Part shown: positions 13,384 to 54,969 of the stretch, piece by piece | Numbering within the stretch: the first letter of the stretch is position 1 | Layout of the letters: each line of letters begins with the position of its first letter | Source of the DNA: Tubiluchus corallicola | Taxonomy: Eukaryota > Animalia > Priapulida | DNA length: 64,000 bases | Direction: 5' to 3' | Assembly (NCBI GenBank): GCA_030141605.1 | Contig: JAQGDQ010000004.1 | Location: 1,984,001 to 2,048,000 of the forward strand | Position numbers and translations under genes: made by a program | Notes under the pieces: generated by a model | The model's database searches: none | What the model was told of the DNA's origin: nothing | The model's input: only the letters and a program-made list of their open reading frames with translations

Positions 13384-16300
13384 GGTACCATTGTACTGCA
13401 ATAGGTATTTCATAAGTAACAATTTGCACTAACAGGAACAATTACATTGCACATTACTATTATTATATTGCACAAGTCGTGCATTGAGACTATGTCTCGC
13501 TTGGCAAAACTGCCATATCATGTGGTCCAAATTGGAATAGGAAATGACATCAAGCGTACAACCAGCGACATTTATTTGTTTACCACCTTGGCATCAATGT
13601 GCTATAGTTTGAACATCAAGACAGGCCTTTAAAATTGCTCAACTTCATTTTAGTTTGTTGTTTTCTGCATTGTTTATGGTCGTCAGTGATACTAAGTAGT
13701 AATAAGTCCCTGTATGTGCTGCAAATTATTAGTTATTATAACAAAAGATCGCCAGTTCTATTATTAGCCGTCTATGGTACAAGTTAAATTACAGTTTCGC
13801 TCTAATTTCATGCCATACACAAAAGCACGTGCTACTAGTTTACACTATTCACAATACAGTTGAAATACACGTTTGATAGCCACAGTGGCTTTGCTTGGGT
13901 ACAAGACGTTACTATGAATCTATGATCACGTGCATAGACTGCATAGTGAAATTGTAATAGCACGTATTAGAGAGCAATGATAAACAACAGCAACAAAAAC
14001 ATGGTTTCGTTAAACCAAATGCACATCAGCACACTAATCTCGCTAGCAAATTTGTGCCAAAGTAGATCCGTGTGATGACACATTCAATAAGAAATTATAG
14101 GTCGTACAGCAAGCACCAATGAAAACAAATTCAGATAAAATTGATATTTAGTTTTAGAGTACCATAAAGAATTTTTTGTGCACACTATTACTTATAGTCA
14201 TTAGTAAATGTCACACCTTGAAAGAACTATGAACTAGCGTCTCATCTAGGTCTACAACAAGACATTTCTTGTGCATGTCCTGATGTCGAACTGGAGCTAG
14301 AAGATACTTGCCCGACGGCTGCAAAAAAAGGAAAATATTTTAGGCTGGTCAGTTTCATTTACTAAATGACAGTGTTTTGGCACAAAGACAATCAATGGAA
14401 TTTATATAATACAAACAGATACCAACCTACTGCCTACTTTAGATGAAGTGGTCTATTAAAAACACACATACATATTTAATTAAATCTTCTGTATATGTAC
14501 AAAAAAATGTAGTGTCTTCATGATTCAGACTGTTTCTAAGAAAAGTCGCTAAACCAGGTTTTTCTTGTCAGTGTTTTCTTGTCAAGCAAAAGTTACTAGT
14601 TTGTGCAAATACTTTAAGAAGCTTTTGTTTGTCCATTCCGAATCCTCATAGCCGACTTGCTTCATTTTTAACCCATGCAACTGGCAAAGTGGTTACGGTG
14701 CACAGATCAAAAAAGAAAATACTGATGAGAGGCTTTAGTCTGTTAACAAAAATACAAAACACTGAGTGGCAAGTGCTAGCTCAAATACAATCAAAACAAA
14801 TCCATACTTAACTCAATAGGTGGCCATATATAAAATAATGCTTAGTTCAAAATTAGATTTTATCGAGTGAACATGACCTCAACCAACAACCTCATAAATG
14901 ATGTCAATGAATTAATAAATGTTAGCATAACATTGCTACACTATTAAAAATAGCTGATTTATACTACTGATTCACAAGTAGGATAGCATTAAATTAACAA
15001 AATTCAAGGTTCAATTTAGACATCACTTGTGAAGACATTGCATTTACTGCATAGAAGATTTAGTTAAATAAGCATGTTTTTTATAACAGCCTTATACTTC
15101 ACCTAGCCTACACATTAGACTGATATCTGTTTGTATAACATAATTTCCATTGTGACTTTATTAGCAAGTAGAGACTCAAAACTGCAATTCAAAATTACCT
15201 TCGGTGAATGAGCAGTGTCGTTGCATTCTGTACTTGGCACAGGTAGATGCTGCTGTGAATTTCTCTCTGAACGAAGGCAGCAAAATAACGAGCTAAGAAA
15301 ACCCCGCCTTCTTGGCTTTTTTAAGCGTCCTGCGGAACCTAGAAAATAAAAAGCAAAAACTTCAACTAAGGAACAACAAATGAGCTGCTTTAAATGCAAT
15401 TGGAAACTAAAACCAGTTCATATTTGGATCATTTGGAAACTGGAATTTATAACTGAAGCATGCATATTTAAACGAGCATTATGTTCTAGAGAACACTGAT
15501 ATTTTCACAATGATAATGATTGCTGCTAGTTGAAGGAGTAAATACTGAACAGTCTGTAAAATCAATTAAATAGCCATGTTGAGGACTTAGAATAACACTG
15601 GCATCTAGAACATGCAATAAATACTTTAAAACACAAACACATGTTTTCCGGTAAGCCACGCGAGGCAAATCTAAACAGACCTGCACTACTTAGTTTAAGT
15701 GTTCTGACATATAAAACTTTCTTTACTAGCAGGCTAATTGAAAGTGTACATACAACTTCTTGCCTGGGTATGCAGAGCTAGAGAAAATGGTGAATAATAT
15801 CAACTTTGCCTTCTAAGCACAAAGTTAGTTTGGGTATCCACAATGGATACATTAAACGAGAACATACTCTCTAGTTTAGTTCTGGAAATCAAGTACTGGT
15901 GAATGCAAACATCAATCTTTTTAAAATCATATAATAATAAACAAGCGTGAATAAAACTCGAAATCACAAATTTACTCCTAATATGAAGAGATGGTGAGCT
16001 TAAAAAATTAGTCTAAGTGTCTACTGTGTAGGTCTACAACTATTATGATGACTGAAAAACATTTACCCAACCATTATACGGTTCTAAAATATATATCTGG
16101 CAACACCAGGAAAACTTTCCATTAATGTTGGTAAATAATATGTTAGATTATTTATATTTAGACTTGTAAGCCACATATACAAGGATATATATAGATATAT
16201 GTGATAAGTATAGATGTTTAGCTTCGACAAACCAAAACTGAAATAGGTGAAAGATCGATCACGAATAACATGAGATCACAAACAGATCATTGGATATATT

Positions 16301-19300
16301 AATTTTATAATTTGAAACACTAATTCAGTAACTCTTATTCTGAAACTATACATAAGATTCGAACACTTCTTACTGGATTGTACGGGAATGCAAAGGGATC
16401 TTACTGGATCTCTTTTTTTGCTTAAACCCACGGTTTACCAAACTGAAAGTGATAATTGGCAAATGACAAAAACAAACAAAAGCTGAAACATCTGCAAAAT
16501 CCACAAGTTTTAAAACAAAGGACATGTTTTCTGACTAAAAATCTAATCTGCAAAATCTGCAAAGCTGATTATGAGTTGTATTAACTAGGTTGTAGCAATT
16601 TGGTAGACGAAGATGTTTAATAAGCCCATATACCAGCAGGTGGCAGCATATCTTGCCCACAACACCAGCACAAAGTAATGAAAGAAGTTAAAATAACATA
16701 GGTCAGACAGTAGCAAGCACCAGAAGCCGTAGCAATGGCTAATTTTAGAAATTTCTAAAACTGAAGGCAGACACATGGTGCCTGTCTGTCAGCTTCTTCA
16801 AGATAAATCTGCTTGCATGCCCGCTATAAGCTGCATTATTTTACTAGCTGTAATAATTTAAAGAATTTTGGAATTGCTAAGCAAAGCAATTAACGATTTA
16901 AATGTTGGATATTTAATGTGTGTACATACGTTGTTTACTAAAGATGCCCTTCACAGCAGGAACAGGCCAACTCAGCTTTTATACAGCTTCCCCTTTATTA
17001 ATTTTTTACTTTCAGTGAAAGTAACAAGCTAGCCTAGCAAGCTAAATAAAGTTTAGGTTTTTTTGTAAAAGTAGAAAATGAACATTCAACCCTTAAAGAC
17101 AAGCAAGCACTGCACACTACTAAGCTTAGTATCCTGTCACTTTATATAACAAAATGATAAAAATTAAGCAAAAAAGAAAATGAAAAAAAGAAAAGGAAAA
17201 CAGACTATCTCTGCAAATCAATTAAAACAATAACATACTGTTTAGCAATTTAGTTGTACATTGAACCAGAGATAGTCCTAAAAAGTTTGACAAATTTTAG
17301 AGTAGAAATGGAGTCAATTAATTGTTAACTCTGCCCATTAATCACACCAAAAGTTCTGTTGTCCACTGCTTTTGATTTTTTTGCTCTGTAGACTTCTAAT
17401 TTCCACATTCTATTTTGCAAAACAGCATTTAGCACTTACAGGTCAAATTATGCATAGTCTCTGAAAAAACATTTTGCTTTCCATAAATTATGTTAATAAA
17501 GCAATTATTTATTTGAGCAGATTATGAAGTTGGGTTGGTGCATAGTTTTATACAATAATATGTTTTCAAGACTGTCTTTATGCTGTTTATCTCTTTGTCA
17601 ACAAAAGTTTTGATATCAAAGCAGGTCAACAAGTCAATATTTAAATAAGCTATACTGTGTCGGCTGCACAGTGCAGGTCTTGATAACATCAGGACCTGAA
17701 GAAAGTTCAGTTAACATAAGGAAAACACAAATACTCTTAAGCACTTTATTTTAACTGACAGACAGGATAGTAGCTTGTCTCAGTACAATAAATGAGACTA
17801 AGCAAATTAAAATAAGGAAGCAATTTCTTTATACTTTACATATTCATACACAAAAGTAATACTCTTCAATAACTATAGATACACCTTACTCAGAACATAA
17901 AAGGGCTATGAATCTGTGATATAAAGCCTCAGTTCTTAAAACTGTAATTTAGCTGCATGAAAGAACTGGTGTTTGTTAAGAAATACCAAACAGGTGACAA
18001 TTTGACAAAACAGTTATACAAATCCACCTACCATAATTGGCGACAACTTTGGTATTGATGTTTTTTCGTCTTTCTAGAATTTCTGGTAAAATACCATTTA
18101 CTGCACTTGCAGATATATTCATGAACTCCATGATGTAACTTACAAAAATATTGCAAGTAAGACTGAATTAAGTATTTTTAGAAAAACAAAATCGTTGGAA
18201 ACATGAAATGCATGGGTTTGCAATTGGATGCATGTAAAAGGGCTCCACAGCTAAATATTCAATCAACACATATGGCTAGAACAGTGCACGAAAGTTCAAA
18301 ATCACAACAACAATGTAAAATATCAAAACATCCAGGAAAAATTTACTAAAATCCATCGGAACCAGAATTCCAGATTAGAGAAATTAGTGTGAAGACAGTG
18401 TTCCATTGACAATTACTGAATAGATCAATCTATGTTGTTTGAAAATAAACAATAACTACTTGTGTGCCATCACAACTCATACTAGAAAACTTTTAATATG
18501 AATGTGCAGTTAAACACATGTATGCAGTAAGCACTACTAAACAGAATATAGAGCAAAGTCCATTCACACAAGCTTCTGTTGGCAACTATATCAGGGCAGA
18601 AACTATATACACAAACAACTTTATCTGTGACGTATAATACAGCATAAGCTAAGCATATTTTTTACAGCAAATCATGTAGTAGGTCTACCTGTTAGACAGT
18701 TTTCAATTCCGATAATAAACATACAGCCACGCATGCATGCACATACATTTTTGGACAAACAGCATCAGAGACCATATCAGTGTATAATAACAAGGCACTA
18801 AAATTTATAATTAGCTTCTCTTCCTAGTTCCAGTAAAATGTTTAAAATTGTTAAATTACAGTGCTATTAGGAAATTTAATTGAAAACTGAACATTGCCAA
18901 GAAAACAACATGAGCTCACCAAGGAATACAAGTCTACAAGGTTTTAGTACATTATTCACAATTTGAGTTCATGAATGATGAAGCTTGAATTTGTAAGAAC
19001 CTGATGCTTATACAGTAAACTCCGAGTAACTCAAAATCGCATAACTCAAAGAATCTTGGGGGAACGGAAGAAATCCTACTCTGGGTAATTCCTCAGTTCA
19101 TTTATTTCGTGCTTTGACTTTCTTGACTGCCACTGGTTTATGTCAGTTTTGTTTTCTGCTTTTTGGATTGAAGTTAGATCCCAGAGTATGCCCATTTGTT
19201 TCATTTTCTCGTGTTCTGACACTCTTTAAGGAATTCATCTTTTCTAGAACCCACCCTCTAGTATAGTCATCTTCTATAGTAAGTGTTAAAAGTATTGATG

Positions 19301-21540
19301 TCCCTTCTTCATATTTTCCCAATTTCCTAGCTTTTGCAAGGCCATATTCCCAATTCTCAGTTCAGTGTAACAAATATGTTTAAAAATTTCCGTGTTATCC
19401 TTTCTTCCAAGCTTTCACTACTTCACTTACTAATGTTAAAAACTATTAAGTACTTTCGCTGTTAAGTAGTATCAATCTCTGCTTGAATTTTAGTTTCTAG
19501 CTTTTCTCTAGTAATACTAATTTATCCACCAGGTGTTTCCAATTTTGGGTATTCTTTGATTATATTATAGGGTTTGAACCCATGCCTTAGACTATGTTCT
19601 TGAAAATCTCCACCTTATCTCTTAGTCACTTCAGTTTTAATTTAGTTTGCTAATTTGCATTTTTAACTGGGTTGATATGCCATCAGTTGTTTCTCTTATC
19701 AGCAAGTCTAGCTCAGTTTTTATTGTGTCTAAGTGAGATTCCAATCGTTTAGCAATGTTTAATGCAGCAGTGGTTTTCCCTGCACATGAATAAGGCTAGA
19801 ACTATTTAATTGTTTTTTTTTGCTACTTTCATTGCCACCCATATTGTATATATCATTACTATATTTTAAGCATTCTATTCACGTCCACCTAAAACATATG
19901 AGAGTGCTTTTGAATCTTTGCCAATTTACTTATTCACAAACTTTGCTTAAATTAACGAAATCCTGTTTTCATCATCACAAGTTGTTAGTTAGGGCCATGT
20001 CAGAGAATTGCCCCTAAATGAGGTCACTGCCTCACTGGGGCAACATTCGATCACTTTTTGAGTCATACCATATTTATTCGAGGCAATTAATGTAAGTACA
20101 GCTATTTAAGAAATTTCCAGTTCCTCTGATGCCTATTATTTCAATAAATTCTCCAAATAGTTTCAAATTCCTTGCCAACTTTTGCTCGCAGTAATAATTG
20201 TAATTGTTGCAGGGTCTGTCATGTTTAGCTAAGTTAGAATTACAAGTACTGATAATGTCAAGAAGTAATTTTCTGTAGCCTGTAAGTTTATGCTATTTTT
20301 CAGCCATTTTGTTCTCCATCTTGTTATTATCAGTTACGCTCATATCTCGGTTGGCCGGACAAAAGCAGGGAGACGTTGGGCCAAATTTACCTATTGTCCG
20401 TATTTACCAATACTAAGGTAATATAGTAGGAGCCGTGTAATAGACTAACGGTAATGTAAAATCAATTGTCTCAAAAACATGTAGTACAGGCCACTCCTGA
20501 CATACGAGCTACACACGTGTCGTTACACGCTGCTCGGTTGCACTGACGTAATGACGTAAACAAAATGACGACCCGCCAACTAGCGGTCAGCTCGTGAAAC
20601 AACGGACTGTGTCCGTAGTATGCGAGACTTTAATGGTCCAGATTTTGTCAAATTTTTCAGAAATCTGTAAGTGAGGTCCGGCAAACTGAAATGAGTGTAT
20701 TTTTTATTAATACCTCAATTTATTTCAAATTTTACTTGGTGCATTTAGTGCACATTCTTTTACGAAGCGATAGTGCACTCGAGTATAGCAGTTTAGAACA
20801 TCATATCGAACACATTTAATTTGTTTGATTAACTTTGATTAACAAGTTTTATTGTGTTGCTTTGTTATTTGTTTGATCTAAATACACTTGAAGTTTAGCG
20901 TAAGTTGGCATATATAATTTTCTGTAACTTTTAAAAAATGCATGAGCATTGAATTTTGGCAGCGGTGCAAGGATTTTGGGAAAGAAATGTTAAATTTTGG
21001 CATTAATGATGCCTCAAAACATGGATAATGGATAATTTCTGTGTGCCCACCAAACTCATCCACGTAATACTAATAGAAATAAATTTTTGCTACAAGTTCC
21101 CTTTCACGTGCATCTTATCTTCCTCCAAAACGATGCAGCAAGGCAAATAAGTGTCAGAATTTGAAAATAAACAGGGAGCTTGGAAGATCTGGTCTGCACT
21201 CTTCCAGCTATAACAAATCACCGAACAAAGGGCTCAATATCTTCTACTTTTAAAAAGAAATATATTGCATTTATGCCATTGTTTATAATATATTATTACA
21301 ATGTCAATGGTTTCAAGATGACTTTCTGTGAATTCTGTCAATGTTACTGCGCCTCAGTTACCGTACAACTCTCCTAGAATTTTTCCAGATCCTTTTCACA
21401 GGATCACACTCACTAGTTTTACGTGGCTACAAATATTTCAGATAGGCCTATCAGTAATTCTTACCTCGAACTTCTCCGCCGTAATGATTAAGCTGATCTT
21501 CATCACGGTTTACTTGTGTAATGATGGACGCTGCGTCCAT
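6946..21540 (-). CDS. CTDSPL: Small CTD phosphatase (CTDSP1/2/L, SCP family; HAD superfamily), 8 coding exons, ~282 aa
   Basis: Exons in transcript order, plus coordinates: 21465-21540 [15 protein letters not shown]; 15199-15338 [15 protein letters not shown]; 14217-14318 [18 protein letters not shown] (catalytic DxDxT); 12025-12081 [19 protein letters not shown]; 11477-11569 [19 protein letters not shown]; 8494-8592 [24 protein letters not shown]; 7957-8043 [25 protein letters not shown]; 6946-7140 [10 protein letters not shown]..stop. All introns are GT-AG with consistent phases; total 849 nt. The paralogue-level symbol is nominal. Confidence 0.96.
9532..10527 (+). CDS. Intronless rhodopsin-like (class A) GPCR, amine/adenosine-receptor-like, ~331 aa, nested antisense in CTDSP intron 5
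   Basis: First in-frame ATG at 9532 (the track start at 9499 is GTG). Seven hydrophobic segments with GNSLV (TM1), SLAVAD (TM2), [10 protein letters not shown] (TM3), AWILP (TM4), NPMIY plus helix-8 EFRRAF (TM7). N-terminal N-glycosylation sequons NNT and NDS. Polypyrimidine/AG acceptor at 9366 suggests a spliced 5' UTR; AATAAA near 10875. Confidence 0.93.
   Translation: MDTLEKNIVVSVNNTEEQENGNDSNINLPFRNEISPYFYLITFLTLSVVIIVGNSLVVISVQKVSALNYKNYWVLSSLAVADILYGVFLIPVCGIRTYHAWQISAGEIEVVAEFFKNKGACTTFFLIESYIGNCSLVHLYIIATERYVAIIYPLRHATWMSDDRIKCLIVIAWILPLLLTVSVVMPVWITKGIECHQWEFELTYKIGIIIINIIPGIILFAVYFRIWRVATSQFHRIRPTVVENMTRSQNKATVTVGLILMCFFFTWFQYYIINEIKGMCDCVPQWMFEILMALKFAGSAANPMIYSYRNIEFRRAFLLVLKCAAQKNERH
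13354..13380. repeat. (TA)n microsatellite
   Basis: Directly visible. Confidence 0.9.
19013..19050 (+). mobile_element. Solo Tigger/pogo-type terminal inverted repeat
   Basis: TA followed by cagtaaactccgagtaactcaaaatcgcataactcaaa, with an internal taactcaaa repeat. No partner TIR found. Confidence 0.4.
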
Positions 21541-22200
21541 TTAAAATGATGGCCAAGGGCCTCCAGTTTCACAATAATCTTCAAGTACTCTACAATGCAA
21601 TAATAAGTTATTTATTTGTAACTTAGACGAATACATACTTTCGTAGCACGAACTATATAAAATGGCGCGATTTCAAGGTCAATTTGATTCGGGAGTGAAT
21701 TCGCAATAGTTTCATTTAAAATAATAATTACTTGTTTTATTTATTTGAAACGGTTAGTCTAAAATATATTTTTGTGCATGTAATGCAATCCCATTTTAAT
21801 TTAATATAAGCTAATTTTGTAGTTTTTTATATTGAATTAATAATATTCTAAAAGCTATGGCCGCTGATTTAGGAAAAAGGTCAAACGGTCAAATATATGA
21901 ATGTTCTGTACCGCCGCTAGATATTTTCGTCTGCTATTTGGTACAACTTAAAAAGAGAATAATATTGTGATTTAATATGTCCACAATAATTATGGCCTCT
22001 GTACGCCTTTTTGTATTTTTCGTCTTTTTACACATTGCAAATTTAATCTACCACTGACATTGTTATGTAACTATGTCTGTGCCTATGTAACGCCAACGGA
22101 AAACCAAGCGTCTACCACTTGCCTTCGCAATCACAACATGAGTAGTTTTAACTTAAAAGTACAATGAAAAATATACGGTATTTCAAGCCTAGGGTCTCAT

Positions 22201-22226
22201 AATTCAATTCAATTCAATTTTATTTG
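22201..22226 (-). repeat. Probable LINE 3' tail remnant: AATAAA followed by (TTGAA)n
   Basis: Minus strand caaataaaattgaattgaattgaatt, typical of CR1/L2-type microsatellite tails. Confidence 0.35.
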
Positions 22227-25181
22227 CACAAATACATACAATGTACATTGGCAAAGCAATACATGTTAAATACTACATAACCCGTTAAATACTTCATAAA
22301 CCTATATAATAATATATATTTAATTATTCTAAATACTACATAAATACTACATAAGAGGAGATTATCTTTATGCTGTGGTTTATATTTTTATAGATAGCTT
22401 CGAGTAATTCAAATACAAAGTTGTAGGCCTGCTGTTGGGCAAACTTAAATTGTTTTGCTTCTGAAAATCACTGTAAACATGCAAAATTGAAACAACACCA
22501 TAAAAATATGACGATGCATACTAATATAAAATATTCAGAAGTAATTGTCCCGCTAAAACGTACTGTAGTTAAAAAGTAATATAATTATAATCTTATGGTA
22601 CAACTCTCCTGCTGTGTACTGCAAGCCAGAATATGTAGGTCCTGCACATAGTTCCAAATTATGTGGATGTTTGTGACCAGAAAAGAACTCATTGGATCAT
22701 TGTCAAGGTTAATTGTGTTTTTGACTATAATTATGCATTTAATTATGCATTTATCACTGCGACATTAATCGAGCTAGCAAAGGTATATAGCCAAGTTATG
22801 TGAATAAGTCCTCTGTCTTTAAGACTCGTTCTATGAAGTAAACAGCGAGAATCAGTATGATAGTTACTATACGATATAACAATAATGGTAGTGATGATGA
22901 TGATAATAATAAACCCGTTGCAAAATTATAGCGAACACGTTACACATCGGCGCAGTGCACAAGGATTATATTCAATGATACAGTACTAAAGTATTAGTAT
23001 GCTCGTCCTTTAGTACTATGTCAGTGCGTGCGTCCATTAATGATCACAATTTTAACGACAAGATTATTATGAAAGAATGTAATTACCCTTTGAATTTCAG
23101 CCGTAAAAAATAGTCTAATTAGTCAGAACCATTTAGTGCAACTGATCTAACATTAAAAATGCTGAATTTGGTTGGGTAGCTATATATGGTTTGAACTTAA
23201 TTTAGACTGCCTTGTAGTGGTCAAATATATAGGCATTTGGCTAGTTGTAATTCTGGTAAAATAGTTGGCAAACTCCAACTTGGATATCATGCCGATTGGG
23301 GTGTGTGCTGGTGGATGCTAATGTGAATCAAGATCGGAGATCATGAGGTTCAACAAATTTTCAGTATATTGCCTCTTTGGAGAGATTATTTTACTATGTG
23401 ATTGTGCATTTGAAGAACGAAAATTTAAATGATGAGGACTGGGCTTAAATATGTTTGAATTTGAGTGAATGATAATTATGATTTTGGTATGTAAAACAAC
23501 CAGGAATTGAATGAGAAGATGCCAATAAACACTGAGTAATCTTATGCATCAATACCAGACGCACGGTGTCCATCTCTGCAATGTTTAATTGCCCCTTCTT
23601 GCATAAAGTCCTAGTTCAATGCTAAGTTGCATTATTCCTGCCATTCAAACTTTTCCACATCTCGATCTTGTTATCATGTTTACATAAGGTATAATGTAAT
23701 CTTTTGCAAGGATCCGAGTACTAAAGTCAAAAACAGCGAGTAACAGTACAGAAAATTAAGTCTCAGTGCATTGTTCAATCATTGGCGAATCTGTCATTCG
23801 GTCGCTACTTAATATGGAAGCCTCTTAAATCTCCCACTGCCTGCAATCTTGAGGACCATAATCTGAAATTCGACGAGATCAAGGTTGAACGCAAGGCACT
23901 TTATCACATGTTGCAGCTTCTATTGCTGAAGTTCCTAACATTTTTCTCATATATTTAAATAAGTTCAACTTCCCGAGAAGCCGAGAACTTTAGCTTTAAT
24001 TATTGAGGGTCTGATAGATTTTCTACTTATTCAGCAACACATTGGTGTAATAAACTGTTCTGTAGTACTACTCGTTGTTTCTGCACGTTATGTTAATTGC
24101 ACCCTGTATCGATCAGTCCGACGAATGTGGATTGTGGATCATACATCTAATAGGCCCTCTTTACTCAAAATCACAGTGTTAAAGTCTGGGAAAATTTTTT
24201 ACACTTCCTTGCTCCCGCTCCCTGGTCTCTGCTAGAACTCTAGCAAGATCTCCCTCATTCTCTTGCTTTAGCGTTTTTTTGACTTTTGGAATGTAGTGTT
24301 GTGAAATTGAGCAACGAATAGTTTGATGAGAAAGTGAAATGTACAGGTTCTTGGTATGACAAGGTTTTACAGTCGTAATGAACAACTTCTTACTGTAATG
24401 TCCAGGCATACAAAAAGTGAAGTAGTTTTACCTAGCAAGTGTGACCTATTCATCTTGATACACAGAGGTCTGGGCAGTCTAAAAAGGTTTACTACGACAG
24501 TGAATTAGCTCATTGTTTTACCTTTAGACCGAAACGAAAACAGAATTTTCGATACATAAGATTTTGAATAAGAGAACAATATGTCATTGAAAAAACTGTA
24601 GGTATAAGGTATTCCGTGCATCAATCATTTAAATCGTAGAATATTATTACACCTAGGTCCTGAGGTGACTAAAAACTCACCTGAACAAGAAGCAACGTAG
24701 CCGGCTCTAAGCAGCGCCAACAATTTATTAGTGATCGGTTTGCAAAAATGGCCACTAGAATTTGGAAAACTCGCTAAATCACCTAAACAACTGTGGCTTC
24801 CTGTCTGTGTATTATTGCATGATGCGTATTTGAATGATAGTAATCACTTTTGGATCACTCATTACATATCACCTACACATGGAAACACTTCCACGTATTT
24901 GAGTTGTTGTATACAAACTGTTATATAAGCACTACGTACACATATGGAGTCGCACCTCTAATTATAATAATTTTACTTATTGTACATATGAAAAGCAACT
25001 GTAGACAAAACTAGTTCTACTTTAAAAACCAGTGATATTTCTTGTAATAGTGAGACTACAAAATACAGTTACATTAGGTATTTGTGTTTCATTGCTAATG
25101 GTGTGCGTGGTTTTGGTTAACAGTAAATGTTCCTTTTTAGATGACAACCTAATACAATTTCTTGTCACTGCATTGGTTGGA

Positions 25182-53145
<27,964 letters not shown>

Positions 53146-54159
53146 TAACAAAGCTATTTACTGTATGAAAAATTGCCCACCATCGTTTTTTAAAATAACT
53201 CAATGCTTTTAAAGTCTAAGAAACATATAACTTTGAGTACACTTAAGTTAATGTCATTTTCATATATTATAAATGATTTGTTACCATGGTGAAATTGACA
53301 ATAAAATTGTTTGCAAATTAGTATTGTTATAACCAAGTTTATATTTATGATTGTAAAAGTTTCATATCTGAGGGTAAAATTGAGTGCATGCATCTACACG
53401 GTGTCAGGAAATGATAGTCCTGCTGTACTTAAACGTTTTCACAAGTAGATATAAACACATTTTTAATATTTTAATCATTATTGTATATCTTATTTAATCT
53501 GTTTTTGAAAAATTCTTTTCACTGCTTACTGCGAAAAGTTGGAAAAAATCAATTGTGACACCATTCCCACTGAGAAACCAACAAACATCACACTCCTGTC
53601 CATTTATGGCCTTCAGAGCTTCAAATGATGGCAGTACTAGACTACTAGTTGTTCTCATTTCTTGACAACCTCACAAAGAGGAATTTGTGATCCCAAAAAG
53701 TTAGGGAGAGATTTTTACAAATCACTCACAGCATGTACTCAGTTCTTGGGAAGAGTCTTCATTCTGTTTTTTCAATATGCTTGTGTTGAAATATGTGCCA
53801 ATTTAGTTTGCAATAAATAGTGAAATTTCTTAAAGAATATTTTTATTGGCAAACAAAAGGTAGCTATTCTAGTTTATTTAAAGAATTTGCAATAAGTTTA
53901 CTTCAAGCTATGTAAATGTTGCTAAAATATCACAAGTAAACAAATATTCAAGATGGGTGTGGGCAACTTAGAGAGTGGCTCCGTCTGATTAATTAATTCA
54001 AAATAAGTCACATTACAAGTCTACTTTACATTATTGCGTAAAGCTTACTATATAATAAAGAAAAGTTTTTTTAGAAAGTTTTGTTACTCAGAGAATTACT
54101 ATTAGCTTTATATGTAGAAAGATCAAGAATAACCTGGCAGACTTATGCACATCAAATGT

Positions 54160-54196
54160 CTTAACTTCCCCTGTGGTCACCCATCCACTTACTAAT
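54160..54196 (-). pseudogene. 5S rRNA-derived fragment (SINE3-like)
   Basis: Minus strand ttagtaagtggatgggtgaccacaggggaa resembles the 5S internal control region (TTAGTACTTGGATGGGAGACCGCCTGGGAA). The rest of 5S is absent. Confidence 0.45.
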
Positions 54197-54969
54197 TAAT
54201 ACTAAATTTACTAATTAGAGTGTTTGGGGCTGTATTGTGAGTAAAGACTATAAGCAGGTATGGGGGTCCTAATTGCCTAGCAAATTTAAAACTGTATTAG
54301 TAAATGTCAGTGTTAGAAATTTATTTATTCATGATAAAATGTAACCTACAGCACTACAGCATTTTAAATTTTCATCTGCATCTGCATATTACTGCTACAG
54401 TAGATAATCAAAAGGCTTTGAGAAATTGAGTGGTTTAAAGCATCTACACATTGGATACAAAAAAATAAACAGATGAATGCAAAACCATTAAAAAATTATT
54501 TATTGCCATGCTAAATACTTTTGTTTATACATGGATCAAATTATTCACAGTTAGGAAGTTCTTTAATCCAATTTTTTTCTAATTCCAGCATTCTTTGTCA
54601 TATCTGTTACAAGTATATTTAGCAAAATAAAAGTACACATTTATTGAAGCAATTTTTTTCAAACTGGACATAACAACATATTTAATAACAGCACTTTTTT
54701 AAACAAAACGACAAAACTAAAATTTGACATTTCACTCTAAATGTTACTGGCAGTACAGCAGTGACGTTAAAACTTGTTTGCATCTGCTGGATGGAGTGTG
54801 TGTGGAGCTCACGTTTTCCAATTTACTTTATTGCATGTAAGCAAAGAATGTGTACATGAGTAAAGGCACGACACTCGCTGCAACAACTATAATGCTATAA
54901 AGCTCAAACGCTGAAAACTAAAATACAGTGGAATGAAGATACTTGAGACAAAGGCTATAGACAGTGAGA

